DNA from: Asterias rubens
Lineage: Eukaryota
Length of the DNA: 64,000 nt
NCBI RefSeq assembly: GCF_902459465.1
Contig: NC_047077.1
Coordinates: 11,966,001 to 12,030,000, forward strand
Direction of reading: 5' to 3'
The translations under genes and the position numbers were made by a program. Numbering within the stretch: the stretch's first letter is position 1; each line of letters opens with the position of its first letter. Below the pieces are notes generated by a model that saw only the letters and a program-made list of their open reading frames with translations, did not search any database and was not told the DNA's origin. This document shows positions 25,179 through 37,463 of this stretch, in pieces.

Positions 25179-25736
25179 GTAAGTCAAGACAGTTTCATCT
25201 CAGGGAGAGTGCTGCCATTTTGGGGAGATAGAAATCTCAGTTGGTAGTGTGCTTAAATGCCTTGTCACACGAGGCTTTTACAGGCAATTTGGAGGCAACC
25301 AACTGCAGTGCATGCTACAGGACAAGTAATTTTACGAACACTGTCTTGTGATTCCCAAGAAAAATAGGTGAAGATTGAAATGTGAATGTCTTTTGTTCTT
25401 GGAGATTGCCTGGAACTGGTTGCCTGTAAATTTCCTCGTGTGACATCTTAGACTGACTAAGGAAAGTGCATTTTTTTGTCAAAATTCAACATAGTTGTTG
25501 ATATAGAAAAGTTTGCGGTAACACCATGTAATAACAATCTCTAAATGAGTTGGGGTGGTTCTGAAAAGAACCGTTGGATTAACTCGACGTTTCGATCAGT
25601 ATGTTCTGATCGTCTTCTGGAGAATGAAGTAGTTGTTGATGTTACATTTCAAATACTATGTTCAGTACACATTTGTTTAGATACTTTTCTGTCCATTGCT
25701 GAATTCTGATGGTATTCTATAATAACGGCATTGAAT

Positions 25737-25822
25737 TTGAGCTACATGGTATGAATATTTGAGCTACATGGTATGAATATTTGAGCTACATGGTATGAAT
25801 ATTTGAGCTACATGGTATGAAT
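25737..25822. repeat. 22-bp tandem repeat x4
   Basis: (tttgagctacatggtatgaata)n. Confidence 0.95.
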
Positions 25823-26031
25823 GGCACATACGTCTTTCCTCACAATGTACATACCTAATTTGTGTTTTCTGTTTGATGACATCATGTTTCAAATTTTGGT
25901 TAAAAAAATGTAAAATCAAATGATATTTTACATTTACAAGAAGATAGAGACTTGTATTTCATTGCCCCAAAGGTGTCTATCTATTGGAAATGGGTGAATC
26001 ACAAAACTCAATTTGACGTTGGAGCTCCTCT

Positions 26032-26606
26032 TTAAGGGCAGTGGACACTATTGGTAATTACTCAAAATAATTATCAGCATAAAACCTCACTTGGTAACAA
26101 GTAATGGGGAGAGGTTGGTAGTATAGACGATGTGACCTCTGACGTCACTTGAAAACCATAACATGATTCGCGCGCATACCGTCAGGCAACACCTTTGTGT
26201 TTTGGCAGCCAGCTAGAGAGTGTATGCAATCTTACCATGACTACGCGTCTTTTTGCCTGGCGAAACATGACGTATACAGTGTTTTGTCAACAGACGGCGG
26301 TTGGAATGTAAACATAGGTCACATCGGCTATAAAACCTTGTGAGAAACAGCTCCCTCTGAAGGAACATAGTTTTCGAGAAGGAAGTAATTTTCCACGAAT
26401 TTGATTTCGAGACCTCAGAGTTAGAATTTGAGGTCTCGAAATCAAGCATCAGAAAGCACACAACTTCATGTGACAAGGGTGATTTTTGTTTCATTTGACC
26501 AATTGAGCTGAAATTTTCACAGGTTTGTTATTTTATGCATATGTTGAGATACAGCAAGTGAGAAGACTGGTCTACGACAATTACCAATAGTGTCCACTGT
26601 CTTTAA
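26032..26606. mobile_element. Kolobok-like MITE family 1 (about 390 bp) carrying a nested insertion
   Basis: TTAA|AG(G/A)CA(G/C)TGGACACTATTGGTAATT TIR at both ends; TTAA target with RR..YY termini is the Kolobok signature. Confidence 0.8.
26126..26328. mobile_element. 203-bp MITE nested in the Kolobok-like MITE, TATA duplication
   Basis: TATA|GACGATGTGACCT ... AGGTCACATCGGC|TATA; uninterrupted copies read agtataaaac. Confidence 0.8.
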
Positions 26607-26772
26607 AAATGTTCTTCACATTTTCTTTGACTCTGGAATGATCTTCCACAGTGCATCTGCTGCTCCCCTTCCTTGGACACTTATAAGAAGCCTCTGATAA
26701 CAATGACTTCATGAACAATGACCTCATGTTTAAATGTATTTTTATTATTTTTAATTGTTTTTCTAGACTTTG

Positions 26773-27154
26773 TTAAAGACACTGGACACTATTGGTAATT
26801 GTCAAAGACTAGTCTGCACAGTTCGTGTATATGCATAAAATAACAAACCTGTGAAAATTTGAGCTCAATTGGTCATCGAAGATATGAGATATTAATAAAG
26901 GAGAAAAAAAACTCCCTTGTCACACGAAGTTGTGTGCGTTCAGATGCTTGATTTCAAGACCTCAAATTCTAAATCTGAGATCTCAAAATCAAATGCGTGT
27001 AAAATTACTTCTTTCTCGAAAACTACGTCACTTAAGAGGGAGCTGTTTCTCACAATGTTGTATACTATCAACCTCTCACCATTACTCGCAATCAAGAAAG
27101 GTTTTATGATAATAATTATTTTGAGTAATTACCAATAGTGTCCACTGCCTTTAA
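26773..27154. mobile_element. Kolobok-like MITE family 1, reverse copy (others: 30080-30465, 30462-30814, 31938-32321, 32403-32786, 35477-35824, 37002-37391, about 40607-40876, 50020-50407, 55798-56183; partial copies near 2450, 6300, 27500, 46100, 47400, 52900)
   Basis: Same TIRs, TTAA ends and internal GATTTCGAGACCTCA..TGAGGTCTCGAAATC hairpin in full copies. Confidence 0.85.
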
Positions 27155-27300
27155 GCGATGAGTAAACATCTTTTGATGAGTAAGAGCGCTCTATAATTTT
27201 ATGTATCGATTGTATTGTATTGTTTGTATTGTATTATTCTCAAAGAAACTGAATGAAGATACTGTGTTTTATGTTAGCTATAATTTGACAATGTTTTCAG

Positions 27301-27408
27301 GAGTTGATTCCTTGGAAGGATGGTCAAGATAGCTTGAGTGATCTCTCGGGTCTCGGGTCTGAAGACAGGATTCAGTTTGCTAACAAAGAAAAACAAGAAC
27401 TCATGAAG
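27301..27408 (+). CDS. MED30: MED30 coding exon 3
   Basis: gttttcag|ELIPWKDGQDSLSDLSGLGSEDRIQFANKEKQELMK|gtaggt; 108 nt. Confidence 0.88.
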
Positions 27409-27599
27409 GTAGGTTGAGAAGTAGACAAATCTAGTGCGGATTTTCATATCCAATGTTTGCCACATTTACTGGTAGGATGCGTCAGTTGAATCCTTTATTT
27501 GAGGAATTACCTCTTTCTCAAAAACTATGTTACTTCACAGGGAGCCGTTTCTCACAAAGTTTTATACTCAATATAAACCACAAGGGAAACTGACTGGGT

Positions 27600-27835
27600 A
27601 AATTTTGAAATGATTTTTGGGGTTGAACAAAGAATTGACTAGAGTGGGATTCAAACCAAGACCTCTGGGTTAACATGCGGGCGCTCTACCAACTGAGCTA
27701 TCTAGCTAGATAGCTCGGTTGGGGCACCGCCAATATAGGGCTAGATATCTAATTTGGTAGAGCGCTGGCACGTTATTCCGGAGGTCGTTGGTACGAATCC
27801 CACTCTGGTCAATTCTTTGTTCAACTCCAAATAAT
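27600..27835. mobile_element. Head-to-head pair of tRNA-derived SINEs inside a Kolobok remnant, in MED30 intron 3
   Basis: Minus copy about 27600-27705 and plus copy about 27738-27835, each GCTAGATA.CT.A.TTGGTAGAGCGC...GAATCCCACTCT.GTCAATTCTTTGTTCAAC. Confidence 0.75.
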
Positions 27836-27995
27836 TGTATACTATCAACAGCTCTCCTTTGCTCTTTATTAAGTAAGTTTTATGCCAACAATTATTTTGA
27901 ATTAAATTACCAATAGGGTCCACTATATGAAATTGGAACCCGTTTTCATTACAGGTATTTGATCTAACTAGGGTTTATTTGAATTAACTCAACAG

Positions 27996-28103
27996 AAAGT
28001 GAGTGCCAAGAACCAACAGCTTCAACAGCTGATAGAGAGGTTGAGATCTGTAATCTGGGATATCAATACCATGATGGCAATGAGACATACAGCTTGGCCA
28101 TGA
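27996..28103 (+). CDS. MED30: MED30 last coding exon
   Basis: aacag|KVSAKNQQLQQLIERLRSVIWDINTMMAMRHTAWP*, resembling human KNQQLKQIMDQLRNLIWDINAMLAMR. Confidence 0.93.
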   Translation, partial: KVSAKNQQLQQLIERLRSVIWDINTMMAMRHTAWP

Positions 28104-28187
28104 AGATGGAGGAAGAGGTTTGGTACCGAGACTAAGGACAACAAACACTGTCTGTGCTCAAGAACAGTGCTCAAGAACGGGGAGACT

Positions 28188-28490
28188 GACTATTAATCAG
28201 TGCTGTAGACCTCAAGACTAGTCTCAGTCTCCAGACTCAGGAGCAACCACACACGGCAGGGAGCCTGACTATCAATCAGTGCTGTAGACCTCAAGACTAG
28301 TCTCAGTCTCCAGACTCAGGAGCAATTACACAGTGCAGAGAGCCTGACTATCAATCAGTGCTGTAGAACTCCCCACTAGTCTCAGTCTCCAGACTCAGGA
28401 CCAACAACACATCACAGGGAGCCTGACTATCAATCAGTGTTGTAGAACTCAAGGCTAGTCAAAGTCTCCAGACTCGGGAGGATTAACACA
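28188..28490 (+). repeat. 79-bp tandem repeat x about 4 in the MED30 3' region
   Basis: Units start at 28188, 28267, 28346, 28425 (gactatcaatcagtgctgtag...). Confidence 0.93.
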
Positions 28491-30896
28491 CTTGCTACCA
28501 TGAGCAATGCGTCATATCGATACCTGGTGTCACAAACCCCTGGTAGGGATGTACTTGAACAGAACCCTGATTGCTCCCAATTGTTTGCACGCGTATTAAA
28601 ACAAAAGACTGAAATACAGTTGTTGATAGCTAACTAAGGACACAAGCGTCAAGACTGGACTTAAACCTTAGCTCTACAGAAACACCAGAGCTTGAGTCAA
28701 ATGCGTTTAACTCCACGATTACCATGATGAAACCATGCTGATCAAAAATAATTTTACAGATGTAACAAGTTTTCAAGAATACTTTTATTGCCACCTTAAC
28801 TTTTTATAATTAATTTGTTAATCTATTGCGTAAAAACACTTGCATATTCAATCCGTTTGAAAGACAAAGTACCGTATACAGTGGGAGACTTTTTGGTGAT
28901 GCTAGGTGGCAGCAGACTTACCAGGTAAATCCATCCATTCTCTTGTGCGCATGCTCCGAAAGTCGTCACGGATAAACAATGATAACTTACTTGTCTGTTT
29001 ACTGCCATTGTTTTAAAAAGCAACAAGCTAGTCTATTTTATTCAAAAACAAATATTTTGAATTGTTATACTCTTTCTATATCTTTTTGATTCAAAACTAT
29101 TTGAGGCAGTCACAATAATATATTGGTACTTTTGGTCTTACTTGTAATGTTAAAAGTGCTCATTTTTGCAATGGCTCAATTGCTCTTTTCTAGGCTTTAG
29201 AGGGGGCACTGTTGGTCAAGATCAAAGTAGGGCCCAATTTCGTAGCTCTGCTTACCGAGGAATTCTCGGCGTAAGATTTTTTGCTTGAATGGCAAGCGCT
29301 GAGTTTCTTTGCCGGATGTTTAAGCAAAGAAAGCTGATTGTTTGCTAACGGTAAGCAAAGCAATCATAAAGCTGTTAGGCAGAACATACTGTTGAGCAAA
29401 TTTCTATGCTAAGCAAGATAGGGTGGGGCACCAGTCACAACAATATGAACTTTAAGGACTTTTGGCTGGTAACCATTTCTGCTAAGAAATACTTTGACTG
29501 TGCTTGTCAAGTTTTTGTGGTTACAGGCTTTATGAAATTGGGCCCGGGTCTGTGGTTGTACATTGAATTTTTAACTCAGTAACTGCATGTGCATCCTACC
29601 CCATTATCATACCATATCTATTGTGAACGTTCACATGTTCAGTAACTGGATGAGAGTTCCTACTTCAATGAACAGCAACAGCCATGCTTTAATCATGACG
29701 ACTGAGCCCTCATATAATACTTTCTGAGTGTACATCTCTCTATTTGTAAATACAATTATTACTGGTTCGCCTTTGAAAAGGTAGACTGAACATTTCTTAT
29801 TAAAAAGTGAAATGAATACAACATCATATGTATTACTTCTAACATTCTTTTTTTCAAAACGATGAGTAGCAATTTGTTACTGAACAAAGATATCGACACA
29901 ATAGGGAGGCCGCCAAAGCAGCTCTATAAACATCGTCACATTGATTCAGAGGTTGCAGGTTCAATACTCGCTCTTCTTTGTCGTACACTCGGGTGTGACC
30001 GACTCCAACAAATGACCCCCAGAGCTAGAGACCTGCTCCATGTTCTATAGGCCTAGTTGACTAAAATGCAAAAAACAATTTAAAGGCAGTGGACACTATT
30101 TGTAATTACTCAAAATGATTATTAGCATAAAACTTTTCTTGGTGACGAGTAATGGGGAGAGGTTGATGGTATAAACCATTGTGAGAAACGGCTCCCTCTG
30201 AAGTGCCATAGTTTTCGAGAAAGAAGTAATTTTCCTCGAATTTGATTTCGAGACCTCAGATTTAGAATTTGAGGTCTCGAAATCAATAATCTAAACGCAC
30301 ACAACTTCGTGTGTCAATTGTGTTTTTTTCTTTCATTAGCATCTCGCAACTTCGATGACCGATTGAGCTCAAACTTTCACAGTTTTGTTATTTTATGCAT
30401 TTATTGAGATACACCAACTATGAAGGCAAGTCTTTGACAATTAACAATGGTTTCACTGCCTTTAAAGGCATTGGACCCCTTTGCTAACTGTCAAGGACCA
30501 GTATTTTCACTGGATGTATCCCAACATGTATGACTCAATCGGTCATCGACGTTGCAAGAAGATCATGACGAAAAAATACCCATGTTGCACAAATTTGTGT
30601 GCTTTCTGACGCATAATGCAAGGCTTCAGGCCTGAAGTCTTTTTATATATTGAGTGAGAAATTACCTCTCTCAACACTACATTACTCCAGAGGGAGTCGT
30701 TTCTTACACTGGGTTATATGTGTACTATTAACAGCTCTCCATTCCTCGTTTCGAAGTAAGTTTTTATGCTAACAATTATTTTGAGTAGTTACCAATAGTG
30801 TCCAGTGCTTTTAAGACTAGGGAAAAAGAACACCGCAGGACTTCTGTTTTGTAAATTGCGTTGTAGCTAGTTATAACTAGTCATTATTAGTTATTA

Positions 30897-31817
30897 CTAG
30901 TCAGGAATTATTGCTGGTTTTGGATAACCGAACAGCTCATAATCCAGTTTGTAAAGATCCCAGAGCTGCGTGAGTTTCTTCTTGTCCAGCTGAGACAAGT
31001 ATTTTTGGAAAGTTCCGTCGTCCGAGCTATTGGTAGGGCGAGTGCCTGCTGATGAAGCAATATACTTTACCTTACCAGGTGCGTCTATCAACTTTAAAAC
31101 ATATTTTGCGTCATCATGTATGGTTTCTAGTTTACCAATGACGTCATAGTCGACTGTGCAGGGGGAGCAGATGTTGTGCATCTCTTTCCAGTGATCACAA
31201 GGGTATGACGTCAGCTCGTTTTCGATCTCGGCACGTTCCAAGGGATGAGTCAGGTAGTCCACGAACTCCGTCCAGGTGGCGTTCTCGCCCGTCCTGATCG
31301 CTACCGCGGAAGGCTTCTTCTTGAACTTCCTCACCATCTGCTTCCCGAAGACGTGGAAAGGCTTGTTGACGCGGTAGTAGCCGGTGTTTTCAAATTGGTC
31401 ACGGTACACCGACATGATGCGCTCGAGTGGCTCGCGGACAAAGAAGAACTTGCGGTAGTTCTTCAGTCGATGCTGTTGCTCTTCAGGGGTGTAGGAGTTC
31501 AAGAAGCGGGTCTTTGCCTTGACGTGAACCTCCTCCGAAGTGAGGCCCTCTACGGTATCTTTTTCCCCATTAAGTACCATCATGATCCGCTTCCAGTTGC
31601 TGTTTTCCACCTTGGGCACGAAGCAGTAAATGACTTTAAAATTGTCCACGACCAATGTATGTGTCTTCGTGTAAAGGGGTGGTTCTTTCTCCGAGGCCAA
31701 CCCGCGGCGTTTGCAGGTTTCCTGAAGTATGACTTTCCTCTTGGATTGAACTGACGTCTGGTTCTTCATGAAGTCGATATGTGCGGCTTTGGATGTTGGA
31801 CTTGGCTTTATTTTCGC
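30897..31817 (-). CDS. Carbohydrate sulfotransferase (CHST8-14 / Sulfotransfer_2 family), catalytic last exon
   Basis: 306-aa frame with 5'-PSB IYCFVPKVENSNWKR, 3'-PB FVREPLERIMSVYRDQF and C-terminal HW..C.PC...YD.IGKLET and LY..DYELFGY motifs; acceptor tattacgtccacag at 31818. Confidence 0.9.
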   Translation of the reverse strand, partial: AKIKPSPTSKAAHIDFMKNQTSVQSKRKVILQETCKRRGLASEKEPPLYTKTHTLVVDNFKVIYCFVPKVENSNWKRIMMVLNGEKDTVEGLTSEEVHVKAKTRFLNSYTPEEQQHRLKNYRKFFFVREPLERIMSVYRDQFENTGYYRVNKPFHVFGKQMVRKFKKKPSAVAIRTGENATWTEFVDYLTHPLERAEIENELTSYPCDHWKEMHNICSPCTVDYDVIGKLETIHDDAKYVLKLIDAPGKVKYIASSAGTRPTNSSDDGTFQKYLSQLDKKKLTQLWDLYKLDYELFGYPKPAIIPD

Positions 31818-33366
31818 CTGTGGACGTAATAATAGAATTGCAAGATACCAGAGGCCGATTTCACAAGCAATAACAAGGGTTAAATGGTTTGGGTACTTTT
31901 TGTACGACACAAAACACAAACATCCACAGATTTACATTTAAAGGTCGTGGACACTATTGGTAATTACTCAAATTATTATCAGCATAAAACCTCACTTGCT
32001 AACGAGTAATGGGGAGAGGTTGATAGTATAAAACATTGTGAGAAACGGCTCCCTCTGAAGTGACGTAGTTTTCGAACAAGAAGTAATTTTCCACGATTTT
32101 GATTTCGAGACCTCAAGTTAAGAATTTCAGGTCTCGAAATCAAGCATCTAAAATCACACAACTTCGTGTGACAAGGTTGTTTTTTTCTTTCATAGTTATC
32201 TCGCAACTCCGACGACCAATCGAGCTCAATTTTCACAGGTTTATTTTATGCATATTATGTTGAGATACACCAAGTAAGAAGACTGGTCTTTGACAATTAC
32301 CAATAGTGTCCAGTGTCTTAAACCTACATTGTTAACAGATAATGATGGTAGAAAACTTCCATTAAAATAATCACTTGATGTGGACCTGAGGTACTGTAGT
32401 TTTTAAAGGCAGTGGACACTATTGGTAATTACCCAAAATAATAATCAGCATAAAACCTCACTTGGTAATGAGTAATGGGGAGAGATCGATAAAATTAAAC
32501 ATTGTGAGAAACAGCTCCCTCTGAAGTGACGTAGTTTTCGAGAAATAACTAATTTTCCGCAAATTTGATTTCGAGACCTCAAGTTTAGAACTTGAGGTCT
32601 CAAAATCAAGCATCTGAAAGCACACAACTTTGTGTGACATGGGTGTTTGGTTCTTTCATGGTTATCTCGCAACTCAGACGACCACGAGCTCAATTTTCAC
32701 AGGTTTATTTTATGCATATTATGTTGAGATACACCAAGTAAGAAGACTGGTCTTTGACAATTACCAATAGTGTCCACTGTCTTTAACCTACATGGTTAAC
32801 AGATAATGATGGTAGAATAATTACTTGATGTGGACCTGAGGTACTGTAGTTTTTAAGAAATAAGTAAAACAGTTTCAGATAAATAATGTTCATCTCAGTG
32901 AGACGAAAATTATCTAAATAGGCCTATTGTAAAACGGATTTTACGAGAATCTCCTCGATCCTGTAACAATGCCCTGTGAATTTCACCCCCCCCCTCAAAA
33001 CTTCAAGAACTTCAAGAAATGTGCTGGTAAATTACATTACATACATCTTCGTTCGTAGTGATGGGGATTCATGATCATGTCATGGCTAACAACCTGATAT
33101 ACAAAAGGTACGAAAACCCTTAAAAGCTTTTACGTTTAACTGTTACCCACTTTACGTAATAAACTGTTGAAGCTGCATGGGGACTATTAAGTTTGTCACA
33201 CGAATAAAACTCAAGTTTTGTGCACGCAAGACGTTTAAACATCAAACATTGGCGCGCATTCATATGATACCAAGTCACGTGTCGAAAAACAAAACCTAAT
33301 TAAAAGGGTATTATGAAAAATGGCACGTCTCGTTCAAAATGGCATACTGCATACATCGATGCTTAC

Positions 33367-33416
33367 CTTTAACTTGGCGTTGTCTGGCTTGTTTTTCATC
33401 ATATTTTCATCATCGC
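33367..33416 (-). CDS. Sulfotransferase stem-region micro-exon (50 nt)
   Basis: ttcttgttctgtttgatatag|GC GAT GAT...TTA AAG|gtaagc; phase 1 to 0, joining exons 1 and 3 in frame. Confidence 0.75.
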
Positions 33417-34107
33417 CTATATCAAACAGAACAAGAAGTTATTAATGAAACAAAATCCGAAACATTCCTATCTTTTTTTTATAAATATAAATCACCATCA
33501 TCGCGAAAACAGCAAAAACTATAACCACTAACAAATTTGCTACTCGTATCAATGCTAAAGTCGATGTCAAGTCTCACTTTTGCGCACATCTGCTGTACAA
33601 AGGTTCACTATCTTCCGGTTCAAAAATGGCATCATGTTTGTGGGTAATTTAATTGCTTTGTTAAATTGGCCCCAGTGGCCTAATTACTTTAGGGATTAAC
33701 TGACTCCCAAAATGGCGCAACCAAAATTATATTGGCAAATCGGGTGAATACTGGGCAAGTGTGGTATTATTGTTTTTGCGTGACTGTATACGATGACTTC
33801 CTACTATATTAATTGTGATATCAAATAAAGGTAATAGATCCCATGATACACATGGTGTTATTTTGAGAAAGGCGCCTCATGCTGCGTTGAGGTCACATGT
33901 AACACGAGCATACGTGAACATCAGAAAAATTGTGTTAAGTTCACACTTTTTCTAAAACGTGAAATTTTAACGACACAATTTTCCTCCATGTTTTTGCTCG
34001 CGTAAACATGCATAAACCCCCGTAATTATAATCCCCGCGGTGGAGAATCTAGTTGTTTCAATCAGCGGTGGTGACGTTAAAGTGCATAATATTAAAACAA
34101 AACTCAC

Positions 34108-34216
34108 TCTTTGTGGCGTTTTGATGGTAGGTGAAGATCTGTAAAACCAGAAGGGTTGCCAGGACCGCGAAGGCCAGACAGGCTGCATGGTGGATTCGTT
34201 TAGGTAGAAATCCCAT
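34108..34216 (-). CDS. Sulfotransferase first coding exon with type II Golgi signal anchor
   Basis: gcggcgATG GGA; MGFLPKRIHHAACLAFAVLATLLVLQIFTYHQNATK plus 1 nt, then A|GTGAGT (phase 1). Short basic tail and hydrophobic helix typical of CHST enzymes. Confidence 0.8.
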
Positions 34217-37200
34217 CGCCGCCTCTCTCTGCGTGTATGGTTCAATTCAAACTAATAGCATTCTAAAAACAATAAAAAAAGTTCAAAACCAAACACAACT
34301 ATGATGAGAGCAGTCAAGCTTACGCTTTTAAACGAAAACTAGCTTTCAAATTGTAAAAGATTCGAGAGAGAAATGCTTTTTATAGGGTATCCCCGATCCC
34401 CAAGGAAAAACGACAATGATTTTCAACTGAAATTAGTTTGTATTGTCAGGACCCCGACAGTACAACGCCTACCTCGCGTCATGATCAGCCATTTTCCCGC
34501 TTCCTTTTTGATGCCGCCTTTACGTGACATTTCGTTTTTTCCACCGAAACAAATCATTTTTTTTTTTAAACTATCTCAGAATGGCAAAAGCATTTTGAAA
34601 AAAAAGCTAACCAATTGTATTGTTTTAACATTTTACGGGCGGCAATTTAACAAATACTCGTCCCTTTTTCAAAAAAGGAGACGCCAACTATTTTGGCCTA
34701 GTGTTTGCATTGTCCGTGGGCTTGTGCGGGAAAGTATAGCACACCGCACATCCAATCTGTCAAAATTTGTAAAAAAATGCTTACTTGCAAACCCAATTTT
34801 CTTCATTTCGTAATCGCAAAACAATTCACGTTATTCACAATGTACACTGTGCATACAGCGCCTATACAAATATTGACACAAGCTAACGACTTGTCCACAA
34901 GTCTACCTCCATGATCGATCAACGCTAGCTAGTGCATCGTAGCATAGTGTGCTCAACGAGTCGATGTCATTTCTTTGTAGTTTTTTGCATTAGCTCCTAC
35001 CTCCATGATCAAACAAGCATGGATATAGAAATAGGATAAACATTAACAATTTTTTGGGGAACAATACTGTACCACCCAAAAGAACTAGTCACACTAAACA
35101 TAGAGCAAGGAATGCACTAAAGTAACAAGACTACTAGCCGGTTTTTCAAAAGAACCATGTTCCAGAACCAAGCTAGCTACGACATATGTACATATGCCAT
35201 GGAGGTGGAGGTAGAAATATTTCTAGGTGGAGGTAGAAATATTTCTACCTCCATACTCCATGCATGTACCTCCATGCTAGGACCAAAGAGGAAAAAGGCT
35301 TCAACTTACACTTCAGGATTGAAACGTTGTGCATTTGCAATGTAGTTCCAGTATCTCCAACCATAGCTAGTGCATGCGTTGGTGAAACCAAGTCGTAACC
35401 ATTTTGTGTAGTGATCGTACCCGTATAGATCATGTGTCATGGTCACAGTATTAAGTTCAATAGATATTAGGCCAACTTAAAGGCAGTAGACACTATTGGT
35501 AATTGTCATCAAAGACTAGCATTTACAGTTGGTGTATCTCAATCGGTCATCAAAGTTGCGAGATACTAATGAAAGAAAAAAACACAATTGACACACGAAG
35601 TTGTGTGCGTTTCGATTATTGATTTCGAGACCTCAAATTCTAAATCTGAGGTCTCGAAATCAAATTCGTGGATAATTACTTCTTTCTCGAAAACTATGGC
35701 ACTTCAGAGGGAGCCGTTTCTCACAATGTGTTATACCATCAACCTCTCCCCATTACTGTCACCAAGAAAGGTTTTATGCCAATAATTATTTTGAGTAATT
35801 ACCAATAGTGTCCACTGCCTTTAACAATATAATACAACAGGCGTTCTGCTTGATTGATTATGCATGCTTATCAATGTCATATTCCGTTTTTAACCGTGCA
35901 AAAAACCTCATCATGGCCACTAAATAAAAAATTACAGTTTGTCGTATTAGCTCAATTACAAAAAAGGTAAAGACAGGTTTACTTTATTAGAACCAACTTT
36001 ATCTGTTGTAAACTAAACTTTTGCTTCCAAATCTTACTACATGCATAAGTAAACAAACTCCCAACGTCCTAATCATACTATTGTTTTAATTCATTTTAGA
36101 CACTTAATTTAAAAATACATCTTTTTAAGATTGATAGAAAACTGGCTTCAAGATCATGCTTTATCAGCACGATACTAAATAAAAGCTGCATTTATTAAAA
36201 CACAATTGATATGAATAGCTATGCAACAAGGGGAGTTTTTTTTGTAGTTATCAAGTCATGCGAATATAAATTCCCTATTTGTGGTCTTGCTAATTACTGG
36301 TGTGTTTATTTACCAAGCTTCTAGTGTGTTGATTATCTTGGCTTGTCACTTTTCTGGTCAGGTTTTTAATGAAGTCATGTATTTTCAATGTGGTTTTCAC
36401 TCTTGCAGAATTTTTTTCTTCACTTTAGTGTTTTACATTTTTAATTGTAAACAAAACTTTTGTCTGTAGTGTATCTTTGTAAATAATACAGTCTTTTTAA
36501 ATTGCACAGTGCATCAAGGGATATGTGATCCAGAATGCGCTATATAAATGTTGTTTCATCTATATTATTATTCTTCAAAATGACTCTGTTGTTGATTTGC
36601 ACTATGACTGAAGAGGCAAGGCAAAAAGAGTACCAAATTGAATTTTAATTTTGGACACAGTTCTGTGGGCACTAGATTAGCCCCAGTAGGCTCCACACAG
36701 TTTGAGGAGAGTCACTGTTTATATAAATATAATTTATTTGTAATTTTATAACAGTACTATAAAAATATGTACATTAATTAATGTGTATAATTTTACCAGT
36801 AATATAAAAATAATAGTAATTTTTTTTTTTTTTTTTTTTTGGGGGGGGGATAAAAATTGATATCTTTTTCCATAACTGCAGGGGTGACTTCAAAGTGAGT
36901 TTCAAAAAATGTGTTATACTATCCAAACCAGCTCTTCTTCTTACCAAGTCAGTTTTTATTGCCATTAATTTGAGAGTCATTACCAAATGTATACAGACAC
37001 TTTAAAGACACTGGACACTATTTTCAATTGTCAAAGACCAGTCTTCTCACTTGGTGTATCTCAACATATGCATAAAATAACAAACCTGTGAAAGTTTTGA
37101 GCTCAATTGGTCGCCGGAGTTGCGAGATAAAAAATGACAGAAAAAACACCCATGTCACACGAAGTTGTGTGCTTTGAAATGCATGGATTTTGAGACCTCA

Positions 37201-37463
37201 CATTCTAATTCTATGGACTCAAAACCAACTTTGTGGAAAATTACTTCTTTTCTTGAAAACTACGTTACTTCTGAGATAGCCGTTTCTTACAATGTTTTAT
37301 ACTATCAACCTCTCCCCATTACTCGTTACCAAGTAAGGTTTTATGCTAACACTTATTACGAGTGTTTACCAAACGTGTCCACTGCCTTTAAGGTATAGAT
37401 TAATTTGAATGGGTTTGGGGAAGGAAAAATTTAAGAACGGAATGCAAGACACTCAATATGTCT

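Noticed and set aside
13178-28490. CRISPR-like repeat-spacer arrays (13.2 kb, 28.2 kb)
   Set aside because: Eukaryotic context, no cas genes, and spacers are homologous to each other or repeats too short and degenerate.
31245-31754. 169-aa plus-strand ORF
   Set aside because: Antisense shadow of the GC-rich sulfotransferase exon.
31818-31919. ORF-track N-terminus MCFVSYKK... of the sulfotransferase
   Set aside because: Intronic and partly MITE-derived; a good acceptor at 31818 and two phase-compatible upstream exons give a proper signal anchor.
33440-33565. Transmembrane-like frame LIRVANLLVVIVFAVFAMMVIYIY as sulfotransferase exon 1 via a GA-AG intron
   Set aside because: No in-frame upstream ATG, and it needs a non-canonical 51-nt intron; the canonical exon at 34108-34216 explains the gene.
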